This document shows, piece by piece, positions 40,710-50,598 of a stretch of DNA of 64,000 bases (positions are counted from its first letter, which is position 1; each line of letters opens with the position of its first letter). Origin of the DNA: Candidatus Omnitrophota bacterium (GTDB lineage: Bacteria; Omnitrophota; Gorgyraeia; B26-G9); NCBI GenBank assembly GCA_018895275.1, contig JAHIOQ010000051.1, positions 46,409-110,408 on the forward strand, in the 5' to 3' direction. The position numbers and the translations under genes were made by a program. The notes beneath the pieces are model-generated. The model was not told the DNA's origin. It was given only the letters and a program-made list of their open reading frames with translations, and did not search any database.

Positions 40710-41545
40710 TTATTCCCCTCTTTTGTTAACAAAAGATGGCAAGCCGAGGCAATGATAAAATAATTTGAAATAAGCAGGAAGAAAATTTCAGCGCCTAAAA
40801 TTACCAACGTAAATTCAGGGAAAAACGGGAAAAACTTATTTATTATAGAAACGATTTTAAATTTAGCCAAAACTAAAGCAAAATTTATGACCCTGAAAGA
40901 AAAAACTAAAAACAGCGTAAAAGCAAAGTGATTTTTAAAGAACAAGGTTGATTTTTTGATGCTGGAAAATAATCCGTGTTTATAAACAATCAAAAACGCT
41001 ACTGCATAAACAAGAGCGGATTCCATTACAACAAAAAATATGAATGAAAAAAAATAAGCGCCATAATAACCTATAGTTAAAAAACGCTCCGATCCAACAA
41101 GGTGAAGCACAATAAGTTTTGGAATTATGTAAATCAGAAATAGCCCTATGGCATATATTATTCCAAGCATAAATAAAGCGGGAATTTTTCTAACCGCTCG
41201 GTTAAAGTTTCCCCAGTATCTAACAGAACTTTTTTCCACCTCTTTTTGAAAAACCGCGGCAACCGTAGCCGCAATGCTCACTCCTGCAAAAGCTAAATAA
41301 ATAAAAACTCTTCCTAAAAACACAAGCCTTGGCAATGCAAGAAAGTTCAGCGGATAATGCAAAAAATGCTCTCCCATAAACGCCTTGATTAACGGCGCCA
41401 GAACAATAGATACCGGAGGCCGCGGCGCGTAATACCAAATAGCAAGCCACGAGACTTCAAACAAAGCGAGAATCAAAAAAGGCAGTACGATCGAAAAATT
41501 GTTTAATGAAAATTTAATGCTGTTAAATATATTTACCTTATGCAT
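40706..41545 (-). CDS. polytopic membrane protein of unknown function
   Basis: 279 aa with about 8 hydrophobic segments. It overlaps the TPR gene start and is the first structural gene of the exosortase operon. Confidence 0.4.
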   Translation of the reverse strand: MHKVNIFNSIKFSLNNFSIVLPFLILALFEVSWLAIWYYAPRPPVSIVLAPLIKAFMGEHFLHYPLNFLALPRLVFLGRVFIYLAFAGVSIAATVAAVFQKEVEKSSVRYWGNFNRAVRKIPALFMLGIIYAIGLFLIYIIPKLIVLHLVGSERFLTIGYYGAYFFSFIFFVVMESALVYAVAFLIVYKHGLFSSIKKSTLFFKNHFAFTLFLVFSFRVINFALVLAKFKIVSIINKFFPFFPEFTLVILGAEIFFLLISNYFIIASACHLLLTKEGNK

Positions 41546-41650
41546 ATCTTTTCCTCGGATATCTGGATTAAATTTTATTTCTTACGATTTCGATTATTTC
41601 CGCGGCTAAAGCAATCGCCTCCACGGAATCTTCTTTCCGATATTTAGGAA

Positions 41651-41983
41651 TTAAGCGGCCTCATATAATACTTTCCCATCTCTCAGCGCTCGTCTGATAA
41701 AACTGTTCCATCGGCTCATATCATTTATCTCTCGCGGCGTATAAACGAATATATCCACTCCGACATTCGGCTCGATATCCATATATACACTATCCAGCCT
41801 ATCCAAAAACCGCTGTTTCGTATTTTTAACAATGATTAGATCTATATCACTGGTTAAACCGACCCTGCCGGTAGCTAAGGAACCGAAAAGTATTATTTTC
41901 CGCACGCCGGTTTTATCTATTTTCTTTATAATCCTGGTAAGTTCTTCCTGTAACCTTTTTAGTCTCGGCCCTCTTCCAATCAT
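41651..41983 (-). CDS. nucleotidyltransferase domain protein (MNT-type, minimal nucleotidyltransferase)
   Basis: ILFGSLATGRVGLTSDIDLIIV matches the GS...G...DxD polymerase-beta-like NTase motif. Confidence 0.7.
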   Translation of the reverse strand: MIGRGPRLKRLQEELTRIIKKIDKTGVRKIILFGSLATGRVGLTSDIDLIIVKNTKQRFLDRLDSVYMDIEPNVGVDIFVYTPREINDMSRWNSFIRRALRDGKVLYEAA

Positions 41984-42027
41984 TTTTCCCTGCTCTCTTG
42001 TTTCCCAAACTCCCGCATACTCAACTA

Positions 42028-42056
42028 ACTATACCTAATCAACCGGCCATTGTCAA
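42028..42056 (-). promoter_or_regulatory. sigma70-like promoter (TTGACA-N17-TATAGT) upstream of the MNT/exosortase operon
   Basis: The plus strand reads ACTATA at 42028-42033 and TGTCAA at 42051-42056, giving a consensus -35 and a near-consensus -10 with a 17-nt spacer, about 45 nt upstream of the start at 41983. Confidence 0.45.
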
Positions 42057-42211
42057 CCCTAATGGGCACTTGTTCTTTGGCCACCAAGACACTAAAATAT
42101 TCTTTATTCTCACACAGAGCCGCAAAGTTCACAAAGAATATCTTTAAATTCTATTAATTTGTTTTTTTATTTCTCGCGCCAAGACGCAAAGTCTGCCAGG
42201 ATTAATTATAA

Positions 42212-43255
42212 TTATTTGAACTCCAAAAACCCCCAATCCCGCAGCCATTTAAATGTAGTCAAAATAACCAGTATCAATCCCAGCACGGCATAAACTCCGT
42301 TCAAACGGGCAAAACTAAGGGCTATAAGCCCAAAACAAAATGTCAAAAAATATAGCAGTAAAACTACGCGCACCTGTGTTTTTTCTTCACGCAGGATTCT
42401 ATGGTGAATATGTTCTTTATCTGCTGTAAATACAGGCTTTTTTTGCAGAAATCTCCTTATAATCGATAAGCAGGTATCCATAATCGGCACGGCCATGGCC
42501 ATTAACGGCACGAATAACGTGAACAATGCCGTCCGCTTTTGAAACCCGGCAAGCGCGATCACGGATAGAACCAGTCCGATAAACATACTGCCCGTATTGC
42601 CCATAAATATCCTTGCCGGGAAAAAATTATGCGGCAAGAACCCGATGATTGCCCCCATCAGGCAAAGACACAATACGGCTACCGGAATTATTTTCATTTC
42701 CAGTGCCGCGATAAACAGGAAAAACACGGCAATGCCGCTGACCCCCGCGGCCAAACCGTCAAGCCCGTCCAATAGATTTATGGCATTAACCATACCGACA
42801 ATCCATAACACGGTTATGGCCATGCTCAAAGCCCCTAAAGGCAGGCTGCCTCCCAGCGGTTTAGTAATGATATTGATTTCAAAGCCGAAACTAACCACGA
42901 TAATCGCGGCCAGAAGCTGTATTACCAGTTTTATCTGCGCCTTCATATCATGCAGGTCATCATAGATTCCGGTCATGAGAATAATTAGAACCGCGAGGCT
43001 AAAACCGCAAAATGGCAGAAAAAAATCATAACGCAGCCCAGGCACAAAAATAAATGCCGCAGCCATGCCAAGATAAAACCCCAAAAACAAGGCAATCCCT
43101 CCCAGGGTAGGAACCGGCCGCACATGCACTTTGCGCTTTGAAGGGCTATCCACATAGTGTTTTTTCAAAGCAATCTTGCGTACAACAAAAGTGCTGATGT
43201 ACGAAGTTAACGCGGATATAATCAGAATTATGAGATACGTTTTCAAATGAATCAT
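42212..43255 (-). CDS. MraY/WecA family polyprenyl-phosphate N-acetylhexosamine-1-phosphate transferase
   Basis: 347 aa with about 10 TM helices and family motifs (VDSPSKRKVHVRPVPTLGGIA, NLLDGLDGLA). Confidence 0.8.
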   Translation of the reverse strand: MIHLKTYLIILIISALTSYISTFVVRKIALKKHYVDSPSKRKVHVRPVPTLGGIALFLGFYLGMAAAFIFVPGLRYDFFLPFCGFSLAVLIILMTGIYDDLHDMKAQIKLVIQLLAAIIVVSFGFEINIITKPLGGSLPLGALSMAITVLWIVGMVNAINLLDGLDGLAAGVSGIAVFFLFIAALEMKIIPVAVLCLCLMGAIIGFLPHNFFPARIFMGNTGSMFIGLVLSVIALAGFQKRTALFTLFVPLMAMAVPIMDTCLSIIRRFLQKKPVFTADKEHIHHRILREEKTQVRVVLLLYFLTFCFGLIALSFARLNGVYAVLGLILVILTTFKWLRDWGFLEFK

Positions 43256-43278
43256 CGTGTACTCTCTTTACCAAAAAC

Positions 43279-43953
43279 CTAAATAGCCGACCCCGTATTT
43301 CCATTCTCCATATAAACAGTAACAAACAAATCGCGGCTGATTTTTTCCACTTCAAGTTTTTTATAATTTAAGTTTGCAAATAACTCGTGTAATTGTTCTA
43401 TGTTGTACATAAATAAATTGCATTTCTTTTTATATCGTAACTTTCGCTGCCAGGCAAGAACCCCTCCCTCTACAGGAAAACTAAAAAATGCTTTTGCTTT
43501 CGTTATGGATAACACTTTCTCTATAACTTTCCATGGTTCTTCAATATAATCCATAAAACCCATAACAATTGAATAATCAAATTTATCTTTTATAACAGTG
43601 TTCATAAAATCACCCAAAATAAAATTGCATTTATTCTCTACACCAGTATTCTTGGCATTCTGTCTCGCTAAGTCAATCATTGCCTCTGCAAAATCTATCC
43701 CGGATATATAGTCAGCTCCTTTCTTTGCCAGTGTGATACTGTAATGCCCCGGTCCACAACCTATATCGATAACTGTCTTCCCTTTAATCGGGTAACAGCC
43801 CTCGATAGTTTTGTCATATCTAAGTTTCATGCTTTCTCTGAAATATTTGTTTATGAGATTATTCAAAAAAGTATTTTTATTCCCATAAATTGCATTAAAA
43901 CCATGCGCATAAGAATCAAAAAATTCCGCGGTGCTTTTTTTTGACATCAGCAA
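43279..43953 (-). CDS. class I SAM-dependent methyltransferase
   Basis: It has motif I VIDIGCGPGHYS. Confidence 0.75.
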   Translation of the reverse strand: MLMSKKSTAEFFDSYAHGFNAIYGNKNTFLNNLINKYFRESMKLRYDKTIEGCYPIKGKTVIDIGCGPGHYSITLAKKGADYISGIDFAEAMIDLARQNAKNTGVENKCNFILGDFMNTVIKDKFDYSIVMGFMDYIEEPWKVIEKVLSITKAKAFFSFPVEGGVLAWQRKLRYKKKCNLFMYNIEQLHELFANLNYKKLEVEKISRDLFVTVYMENGNTGSAI

Positions 43954-44795
43954 CCATCTCCTATCTTTATGTTGTTGGCAATAAATCTTTCAAAAGTTGT
44001 AATTTTAAATTCATCAAGTAGTTTTAATATTTTCCCTTCCATTGTTTTTAAATTAACATAAGTTTTAAATTTCCTTTTGATGCCCATAGGCAAACGAGGG
44101 TGATTCAAATCAATCTCTCTGGGATGTATATAAAAAATTACCGGCCTGCCTTCCTTTAATACTTTTAAAGTCATTTTTTTAATAATAAAATATGGGAAAA
44201 ATCTTAAATAACCGCCTCCAAAGAAGCACATTGGTTTTCCGAATACTTTTGTAACCGTAATCGGAAATTCTAAAATGCGTTTTAAATTATTGCCGGCTAA
44301 ATAAGGCGAGTATTGCTTAGTGTTTAATCCACCATGTCCCCTTGCAGCAGGAAATACACTTGAATCGTAGGTGTATCCTGCCTCAATTAGTTTATCAAAA
44401 AACCACGGGGTATCTTTTGTAACCGAAAAGCCTGAAGAACGATATCCCAAAATCGGCGCTCCTATAATATCTTCAATAATATTTTTAGATTTTAAAGCAT
44501 CCTGGAAAAATTCCTCTTCTCTCAACTTATAAACAAGCTCATGGGAATATCCATGAGAAGCTATTTCGTGCCCTCGATTACGCGCTTCCTTCACAAGATG
44601 GGGAAACTTTTTCGCAATCCATCCCAGAAAAAAGCAGGTAACCTGGATATTCTTCTCACTGAATATATCAAGAAGCTTTTTGAAATTATTTTCTATATGA
44701 GAAGGCAAGGAATCCCATTCTGATTTTTTGGGAGCAGATGATATGTCCAAAATGTGAAACCATTCTTCAACATCTACTGAAAAAATACACTCCAT
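43947..44795 (-). CDS. polysaccharide deacetylase family protein, XrtA/PEP-CTERM locus type
   Basis: The N-terminus FSVDVEEWFH matches the exosortase-A-locus deacetylase subfamily, and a NodB-like core follows. Confidence 0.65.
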   Translation of the reverse strand: MECIFSVDVEEWFHILDISSAPKKSEWDSLPSHIENNFKKLLDIFSEKNIQVTCFFLGWIAKKFPHLVKEARNRGHEIASHGYSHELVYKLREEEFFQDALKSKNIIEDIIGAPILGYRSSGFSVTKDTPWFFDKLIEAGYTYDSSVFPAARGHGGLNTKQYSPYLAGNNLKRILEFPITVTKVFGKPMCFFGGGYLRFFPYFIIKKMTLKVLKEGRPVIFYIHPREIDLNHPRLPMGIKRKFKTYVNLKTMEGKILKLLDEFKITTFERFIANNIKIGDGC

Positions 44796-44844
44796 TTTTA
44801 AAATCTCCTAACCGTGTAATTCACGATTTGTTGCAAAAAATATT

Positions 44845-45984
44845 TCATCTTGTGCTTTCTGCCTTTTCCCAGGTTGCTTTTATGCCAATTGTTAAAAACC
44901 TTAATAAACCAATGAATGAAGCTATATTGACCATACAAAAATAGAATGGCACGTCAAAAATTTTTATTTTAATCATCTTTTTTTCTAAAAAATATCCGAT
45001 TAACGCCGCTGAATAAAATAACACTTGGACAATAAACGTAACACGGTAAAACCAATAATCCAAGAGAAATAAATTAGAAACAAATATACTCATCAAAAAT
45101 AAAAATGTCAACCATCTTATGAATTTGTGAAAAGCAAATTGCAATATTCGTAAGAGTCCGGTGGAGAGTATTATTCCGCATATTGCAAAACTTGCTTTAA
45201 ACCCCTGGGAAATAATTCGGACTTTCCGATTAAATTCTTCTTTAGCCCTTTCAGCTATTTTTTCAACCGCTATTGCTTCAGATTCATAGATCAAACCATA
45301 ACCCTTTTTCGCTATTCTCATCGGTATAACAAAATCATCGGCTAAGGATTCATCGACGGGCTCGAATAGTTTTTTCCTAATTGCATAAATTGGACCATTA
45401 ACTACCAGCAGAGATTGTAATTGACTCTCGCTTATCTTTAGAAACCTCTCGTATTTCCAATAGAGACTCTCCCCTTCATTTGTGGAAGAACCACCTATAT
45501 ACCTTAATTCTCCACATACACAACCGATTTTTTCATCAGCAAAGTTTCTAATTAACTTTTTGATAGCATCCTTTTTATAAATTGCATTAGCGTCCGTAAA
45601 GATTAAAATATCCCCTTTGGCCTCAGATACAGATGTATTTAACGCCATCATTTTGCCTTTCCTGGGTTTTTGTTCAATTATCTTTACTCCTTGATTTACA
45701 TATCTATCAGCAATATTCCTGCTTCTATCCGTGCATCCATCCAGGATTACTATGATTTCGAATTTATCCTTTGGATAATCTAACGAAAGACTATTTTCAA
45801 TTTTTTCGCTAATAATTTTTTCTTCATTATATGCCGGAATTAATAAAGATACTTCAGGCATGAAATTTTCATCAACGTTATGCGGCTTTTTAAAAATAAA
45901 ACCCAGCACTGTTAAAATCAGCGGATACCCAAGATAGATAAAAAGCACCAAATTAAAACTGAACCAGAATAAAAATTTAATCAT
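44845..45984 (-). CDS. family 2 glycosyltransferase with C-terminal TM helices
   Basis: It has LLIPAYNEEKII and ILDGCTDRS (a GT-A DxD region) with a hydrophobic C-terminus. It overlaps wecB. Confidence 0.75.
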   Translation of the reverse strand: MIKFLFWFSFNLVLFIYLGYPLILTVLGFIFKKPHNVDENFMPEVSLLIPAYNEEKIISEKIENSLSLDYPKDKFEIIVILDGCTDRSRNIADRYVNQGVKIIEQKPRKGKMMALNTSVSEAKGDILIFTDANAIYKKDAIKKLIRNFADEKIGCVCGELRYIGGSSTNEGESLYWKYERFLKISESQLQSLLVVNGPIYAIRKKLFEPVDESLADDFVIPMRIAKKGYGLIYESEAIAVEKIAERAKEEFNRKVRIISQGFKASFAICGIILSTGLLRILQFAFHKFIRWLTFLFLMSIFVSNLFLLDYWFYRVTFIVQVLFYSAALIGYFLEKKMIKIKIFDVPFYFCMVNIASFIGLLRFLTIGIKATWEKAESTR

Positions 45985-47099
45985 CGAAATCCGTTTATTA
46001 TTGCTTTTACTATTCTTTCCGCGGCATGGCCGTCACCGTAAGGATTTACGGACTTAGCCATTTTATCATATGCGGATTTAGAAAAAAGCAGTTTTTTTGC
46101 TTCCGCGACTATCCTTTCACTATTCATTCCTACCAGGCGCGCTACCCCAGAATCCACTCCTTCCGGGCGCTCGGTAACTTCACGCATTACCAGAATAGGC
46201 TTACCAAATGCCGGCGCCTCTTCCTGCACTCCGCCCGAATCCGTAAGAGCAAAATAGCAGTTTTTCAAAACGTAAACAAATGATTCGTAATCCAAGGGGC
46301 TCAACAGATGAATATTACGCCTGTTATTAAGCAATTTCTGCACCGGCTTTTGAACATTCGGATTAAGATGCACGGGGTAAATGATCTCCACGTCCTTAAA
46401 AGCGGAAATTTCTTTTAATGCCCGGCAAATCGACAATAACGACCCGCCAAAACTTTCCCGTCTGTGTGCAGTAACCAAAATAACCTTTTTATTTTTAAAA
46501 TCAATTTTTCTCAATTGTTTATTTTTAACTGGATAATCTTTGCCGGCTATCGCATATATGGCGTCAATAACGGTATTACCGGTCAAATAAATCTTTTTTT
46601 TATCTATCCCTTCTTTTAATAAATTTTCCCTTGCCCGTTTTGTCGGCGCAAAATGCAAGTCAGCAACCACAGTTATAAGGCAACGATTAATCTCTTCCGG
46701 GAAAGGACGATATTTATCATGGGTACGCAGTCCCGCTTCCACATGCCCCACGGAAATTTTTAAATAAAAGGCGCAAAGACTGGCAATAAACGCGGTCGTT
46801 GTATCTCCTTCCACAAGCATTAAATCCGGTCTTTCTTTTTCCAAAACCTTTGCTAATCTCTCCATGCAGCGGCTGGACACATCAAAAAGAGTCTGATTTT
46901 TAAGCATAATATCCAAATCATAATCCGGCTTTATCTGAAAGAACTCCAGAAACTGATCAACCATTACCCGGTGCTGGCCGGTAAGAACCACTTTTGAGAT
47001 TATTTTTGAGTTATGCTTTTCCAGTTCCTTTATAACCGGAGCCAGTTTTATAACCTCAGGACGCGTGCCGAGTACGGTTATAATTTTGATCTTACGCAT
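45981..47099 (-). CDS. wecB: UDP-N-acetylglucosamine 2-epimerase (non-hydrolysing)
   Basis: KIITVLGTRPEVIKLAPV and HVEAGLRT motifs. Confidence 0.85.
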   Translation of the reverse strand: MRKIKIITVLGTRPEVIKLAPVIKELEKHNSKIISKVVLTGQHRVMVDQFLEFFQIKPDYDLDIMLKNQTLFDVSSRCMERLAKVLEKERPDLMLVEGDTTTAFIASLCAFYLKISVGHVEAGLRTHDKYRPFPEEINRCLITVVADLHFAPTKRARENLLKEGIDKKKIYLTGNTVIDAIYAIAGKDYPVKNKQLRKIDFKNKKVILVTAHRRESFGGSLLSICRALKEISAFKDVEIIYPVHLNPNVQKPVQKLLNNRRNIHLLSPLDYESFVYVLKNCYFALTDSGGVQEEAPAFGKPILVMREVTERPEGVDSGVARLVGMNSERIVAEAKKLLFSKSAYDKMAKSVNPYGDGHAAERIVKAIINGFR

Positions 47100-48324
47100 A
47101 TAATCTCCTATCGGTAATCTTTTTTATTTCCTTATTGTAAAGTAATTCAATTTCTCCGGCAACCCTCTCCCACGAATAATTCTCTAAAATAAATTGTCTG
47201 CATTTCTTTCCAAACTCCGCCAAATCATTCGTGCGTTTTACAAAACTAATGATCCCTTGAGCGATATCTCTCGGGCTTGTTCCGGCAAAGATTAAACTCT
47301 CATCAAAACGGCTTAAGATTTCCAAAGAACCTCCCGTGGGTGTGCTTAATACCGGCAACCCTGATGATAATCCTTCCAAAGCAACCAATCCGAACCATTC
47401 ATCCTGCTCTGAAGGTAAAATAAAAATATCGGCTGCCTGGTAATAATCAGATATCATTTTAAAATCAACAAAACCCAATAATTCTACCTTTTCCTCCAAT
47501 CCTTCCTTGCTAATTAAACGCTTTAATTCCTTTTTTAAAAATCCGTCCCCCAATATTAACAGAAAAATGCGCGGAATCTCTTCTGAAATAATAGGCATCG
47601 CAAGGATTAGATTTTCCAATCCCATCCGCGCAACAAGTCTTCGTGCGGTTAACAATATTAATTTATTATCCGGAAGATTGAGCTTATTTCTCAAAATAGT
47701 CTTATCCAACAATGGACTAAAATTACTTGAATCCACCCCGCCGGGTATTAATATTATTTTCTCAGAACTATGAAGATAAGTATCCACAATATATCTTTTG
47801 CTAAAATTACTTAAAACGATAATCCTATCCGCAGCCTTAAGCGACATACATTCAACATGTTTGACGAGCAAGAAAATCAGTTCGTTCAACAATGGGAAGG
47901 CATACCTCTTTTTTTTACTCTGGATCAAAATATCTTTATATGCCGACGAATGAAACGTATAAATTCGCGGTATATTTTTTATTTTAAACAAGAGATTTAT
48001 TCCGTAAGCAGGAAATATCGAATGAAAATTAATAACGTCAAATTCGATTTTTTTTACTAATTTAGAGAATAACCGTCTCCCATTGATTATGCTTAAAATA
48101 AAACGCCTGATATACACCAAGTTACCCGAAATACCCTCATCATATCGATAAACCTTCATTCCTTCTATAACTTCTTCATCAGGCGCGTCTTTTTTCATTT
48201 TTACCGTTATTACATATACATCATGCCCTTTTTTTATCAGCTCTTTCCCTAAATTATAAACATAAGAATGCATACCTCCTATGCCGTCAGGATAAAAAGA
48301 AAAAGTCACCATTAAAATTTTCAT
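47092..48324 (-). CDS. family 4 (GT-B) glycosyltransferase
   Basis: It has an N-terminal GT4 domain and the C-terminal EQDEWFGLVALEGLSSGLPVL motif. Confidence 0.8.
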   Translation of the reverse strand: MKILMVTFSFYPDGIGGMHSYVYNLGKELIKKGHDVYVITVKMKKDAPDEEVIEGMKVYRYDEGISGNLVYIRRFILSIINGRRLFSKLVKKIEFDVINFHSIFPAYGINLLFKIKNIPRIYTFHSSAYKDILIQSKKKRYAFPLLNELIFLLVKHVECMSLKAADRIIVLSNFSKRYIVDTYLHSSEKIILIPGGVDSSNFSPLLDKTILRNKLNLPDNKLILLTARRLVARMGLENLILAMPIISEEIPRIFLLILGDGFLKKELKRLISKEGLEEKVELLGFVDFKMISDYYQAADIFILPSEQDEWFGLVALEGLSSGLPVLSTPTGGSLEILSRFDESLIFAGTSPRDIAQGIISFVKRTNDLAEFGKKCRQFILENYSWERVAGEIELLYNKEIKKITDRRLYA

Positions 48325-48393
48325 CTGTTAATAATCACCCCTTAAAATCCAGAATAAAACTATGCGTATTTATTTAACATTCTTAAATTACTC

Positions 48394-50598
48394 TTACTGC
48401 CCGGACCAACTCAGCTTAGCTGTATATTCAATTCCTTCTATATTATTATCCCATCCATCCCAGGTTGTTACAATTATTCCCTTACATTCCTCGTTGTCTT
48501 TTACAATCCTTATCCAATTCTTGATGTTTTTCTTATCCTTCCATCCAGTGACTAAATAACTAAAGCCTTTAGATTTAAAACAATCCGGAGTATTTTTCAT
48601 TTTATTCATGTGATCATTTGAATCAAACCACCAAGTCATAAGAATAATATCTTTTGAGATTAAATTTATAGCGTTACAGGATTTGCCCGGCAAGCCGCCA
48701 TAATGCATTTGAAAATTATTTTTACCTCCGGTATGCCATGGATTAAACATATCATCCCATACCATCATTTTGACATTTGAATCTATAGTGTGTATATAAT
48801 CATTTAGTTTATTTATGTCTTCGGATAGTAGTTTGTCAAGCGTCATATTTCTTTTTTTACATCTTGAATCCCGGCCTATACCATATATGTCATCGTGTCC
48901 TATAGCTATATAATTCGGTTTTAAAAGATGAATAATATCATTTACTGTTTTAAAAAAGATTTTATATGTTCTCGGCTCAGAAGGACAGTAAGGGGTCATC
49001 CAGGTAGCGGGATGGAATCTTAAAACAAAATCATAACTGATCAATACCGGCTCATTTTCATTAATCTTCCCTGTTTCTAATCTTTCTATTCTCGCAGGTC
49101 TATTATAATTAACAAAATAAGGATGTTTTATTTCTCCATCAAACACTCTATAATCTTTGCCTTCTGTATAGATTTTAGTCTTCGCTGAATCCGTGATACT
49201 AATATTTGAAGACTCCGTTCTTATAACATTCACCAATTCGCCATTCATTCTCTTCAGTTTAAATTCGTCAAGCCAGACTGTTCCGTAGCCATCAATGATG
49301 GACGCCCCAATGTATATTTTAGCAGTATCCGGCCGGGTTACAAAATTAAATTCGAGTTTTTCCCATGATGTGTTTGCATATTGAAGCGGCAGATAATTCT
49401 CCACCAGGAAATTACCACTCCTATCATATTGGAAAATCCGTATCGCAAAACCTCTATCGACAGCGGTGTTTACCTCTCTTTTCTTTGCGTAAAAACTAAG
49501 CGTATAGGCCGTGTCCCGATCAACCATGATCAATTTTGACTGCAAAGTATTGCTGGAAATATTAAGCGGAGAAGGGACATTAATCATTACTGAACAACGG
49601 CCCTCGTAGGCCGAAGTTTTATCCCTGCACCAATCGTTTCTTCCATATTCGTTACCAAAAGTCCATCCCGCAGGTATTCCAGCCACTCCCCCTATTTCAA
49701 AGCCGGAATTTTCCAGGAAGACTTCGGAGGATTTTACAGGCACAGCCATATTATTTATCCATTTAAACGGCTCATCCTGTACCCAAATACCTTCTGCGGC
49801 ATGCGGATCTTTTTGTAAGATAGTTAAAGCAACACCAAAACTCTGTAGTTCTGGTATCGGTTCTATATGTCTTTCCCTACAATAAGCAAATAATTCCTGC
49901 AAAAAAGAACTATTTTCCCGCCCGGGCTGCAAGTTGTCTTTTTCTAATTTCCAAAATGCCTGCTCACTGAAAATAACCGTATTAATTCTTAAGCCGGCAA
50001 TAAAATCCAGCTTTTCTTTTAATTCATTCAAACTCCCTTGCAAATCTAACATGTGAACCGCTCTTATAGCCGTATCAGGGTAATCTACAATCTTAACGCC
50101 TGGGATGCTGATTACATTTCCATTTACTTCCATTAGCTGGAGAAGCGCCTGAACCCCGTAGAATACTCCTGCGGAAGTATGAGCTGTTATAACTATAGAT
50201 GAAGGAAAAACTTCTAAAACATATCCTTCTTTTCCAATCTTATCTGTTATGCGTAGTTCTTTTTTTTCTTTAAAATTATCTTTAGACATAGCAAGTATAA
50301 TGCGCCGGGTTTGAAACTTCGAATTAATATCTGTAATCATTAATTTATTATTTAATTTTTCATTAAGTAATTTTGCAGAAAATATATTTTCCTTATTAGA
50401 TGTATTAACCGATATATCCCAATTTTTATCTACTTTTACTTTAAAGTTTTTAAATTCCATATGTTGAGGCTGTGGAACGATAGAAATATTCTTCTCTGAC
50501 AAACCCGATTGTAAGGTTAGCGCCAAAAGAAAAAATATATTAGCAACGCAAAACATGAAAAGAAATTTATAATTAAACTTCGTTGTAAACTTTTTCAT
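48394..50598 (-). CDS. secreted glycoside hydrolase family 20-like domain protein
   Basis: It has a signal peptide. IVPQPQHMEF resembles the GH20 N-terminal domain start. RAVHMLDLQGS...ELFAYCRERHIEPIPELQ resembles the GH20 catalytic TIM-barrel beginning. A canonical HxGGDE motif is not evident. Confidence 0.4.
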   Translation of the reverse strand: MKKFTTKFNYKFLFMFCVANIFFLLALTLQSGLSEKNISIVPQPQHMEFKNFKVKVDKNWDISVNTSNKENIFSAKLLNEKLNNKLMITDINSKFQTRRIILAMSKDNFKEKKELRITDKIGKEGYVLEVFPSSIVITAHTSAGVFYGVQALLQLMEVNGNVISIPGVKIVDYPDTAIRAVHMLDLQGSLNELKEKLDFIAGLRINTVIFSEQAFWKLEKDNLQPGRENSSFLQELFAYCRERHIEPIPELQSFGVALTILQKDPHAAEGIWVQDEPFKWINNMAVPVKSSEVFLENSGFEIGGVAGIPAGWTFGNEYGRNDWCRDKTSAYEGRCSVMINVPSPLNISSNTLQSKLIMVDRDTAYTLSFYAKKREVNTAVDRGFAIRIFQYDRSGNFLVENYLPLQYANTSWEKLEFNFVTRPDTAKIYIGASIIDGYGTVWLDEFKLKRMNGELVNVIRTESSNISITDSAKTKIYTEGKDYRVFDGEIKHPYFVNYNRPARIERLETGKINENEPVLISYDFVLRFHPATWMTPYCPSEPRTYKIFFKTVNDIIHLLKPNYIAIGHDDIYGIGRDSRCKKRNMTLDKLLSEDINKLNDYIHTIDSNVKMMVWDDMFNPWHTGGKNNFQMHYGGLPGKSCNAINLISKDIILMTWWFDSNDHMNKMKNTPDCFKSKGFSYLVTGWKDKKNIKNWIRIVKDNEECKGIIVTTWDGWDNNIEGIEYTAKLSWSGQ

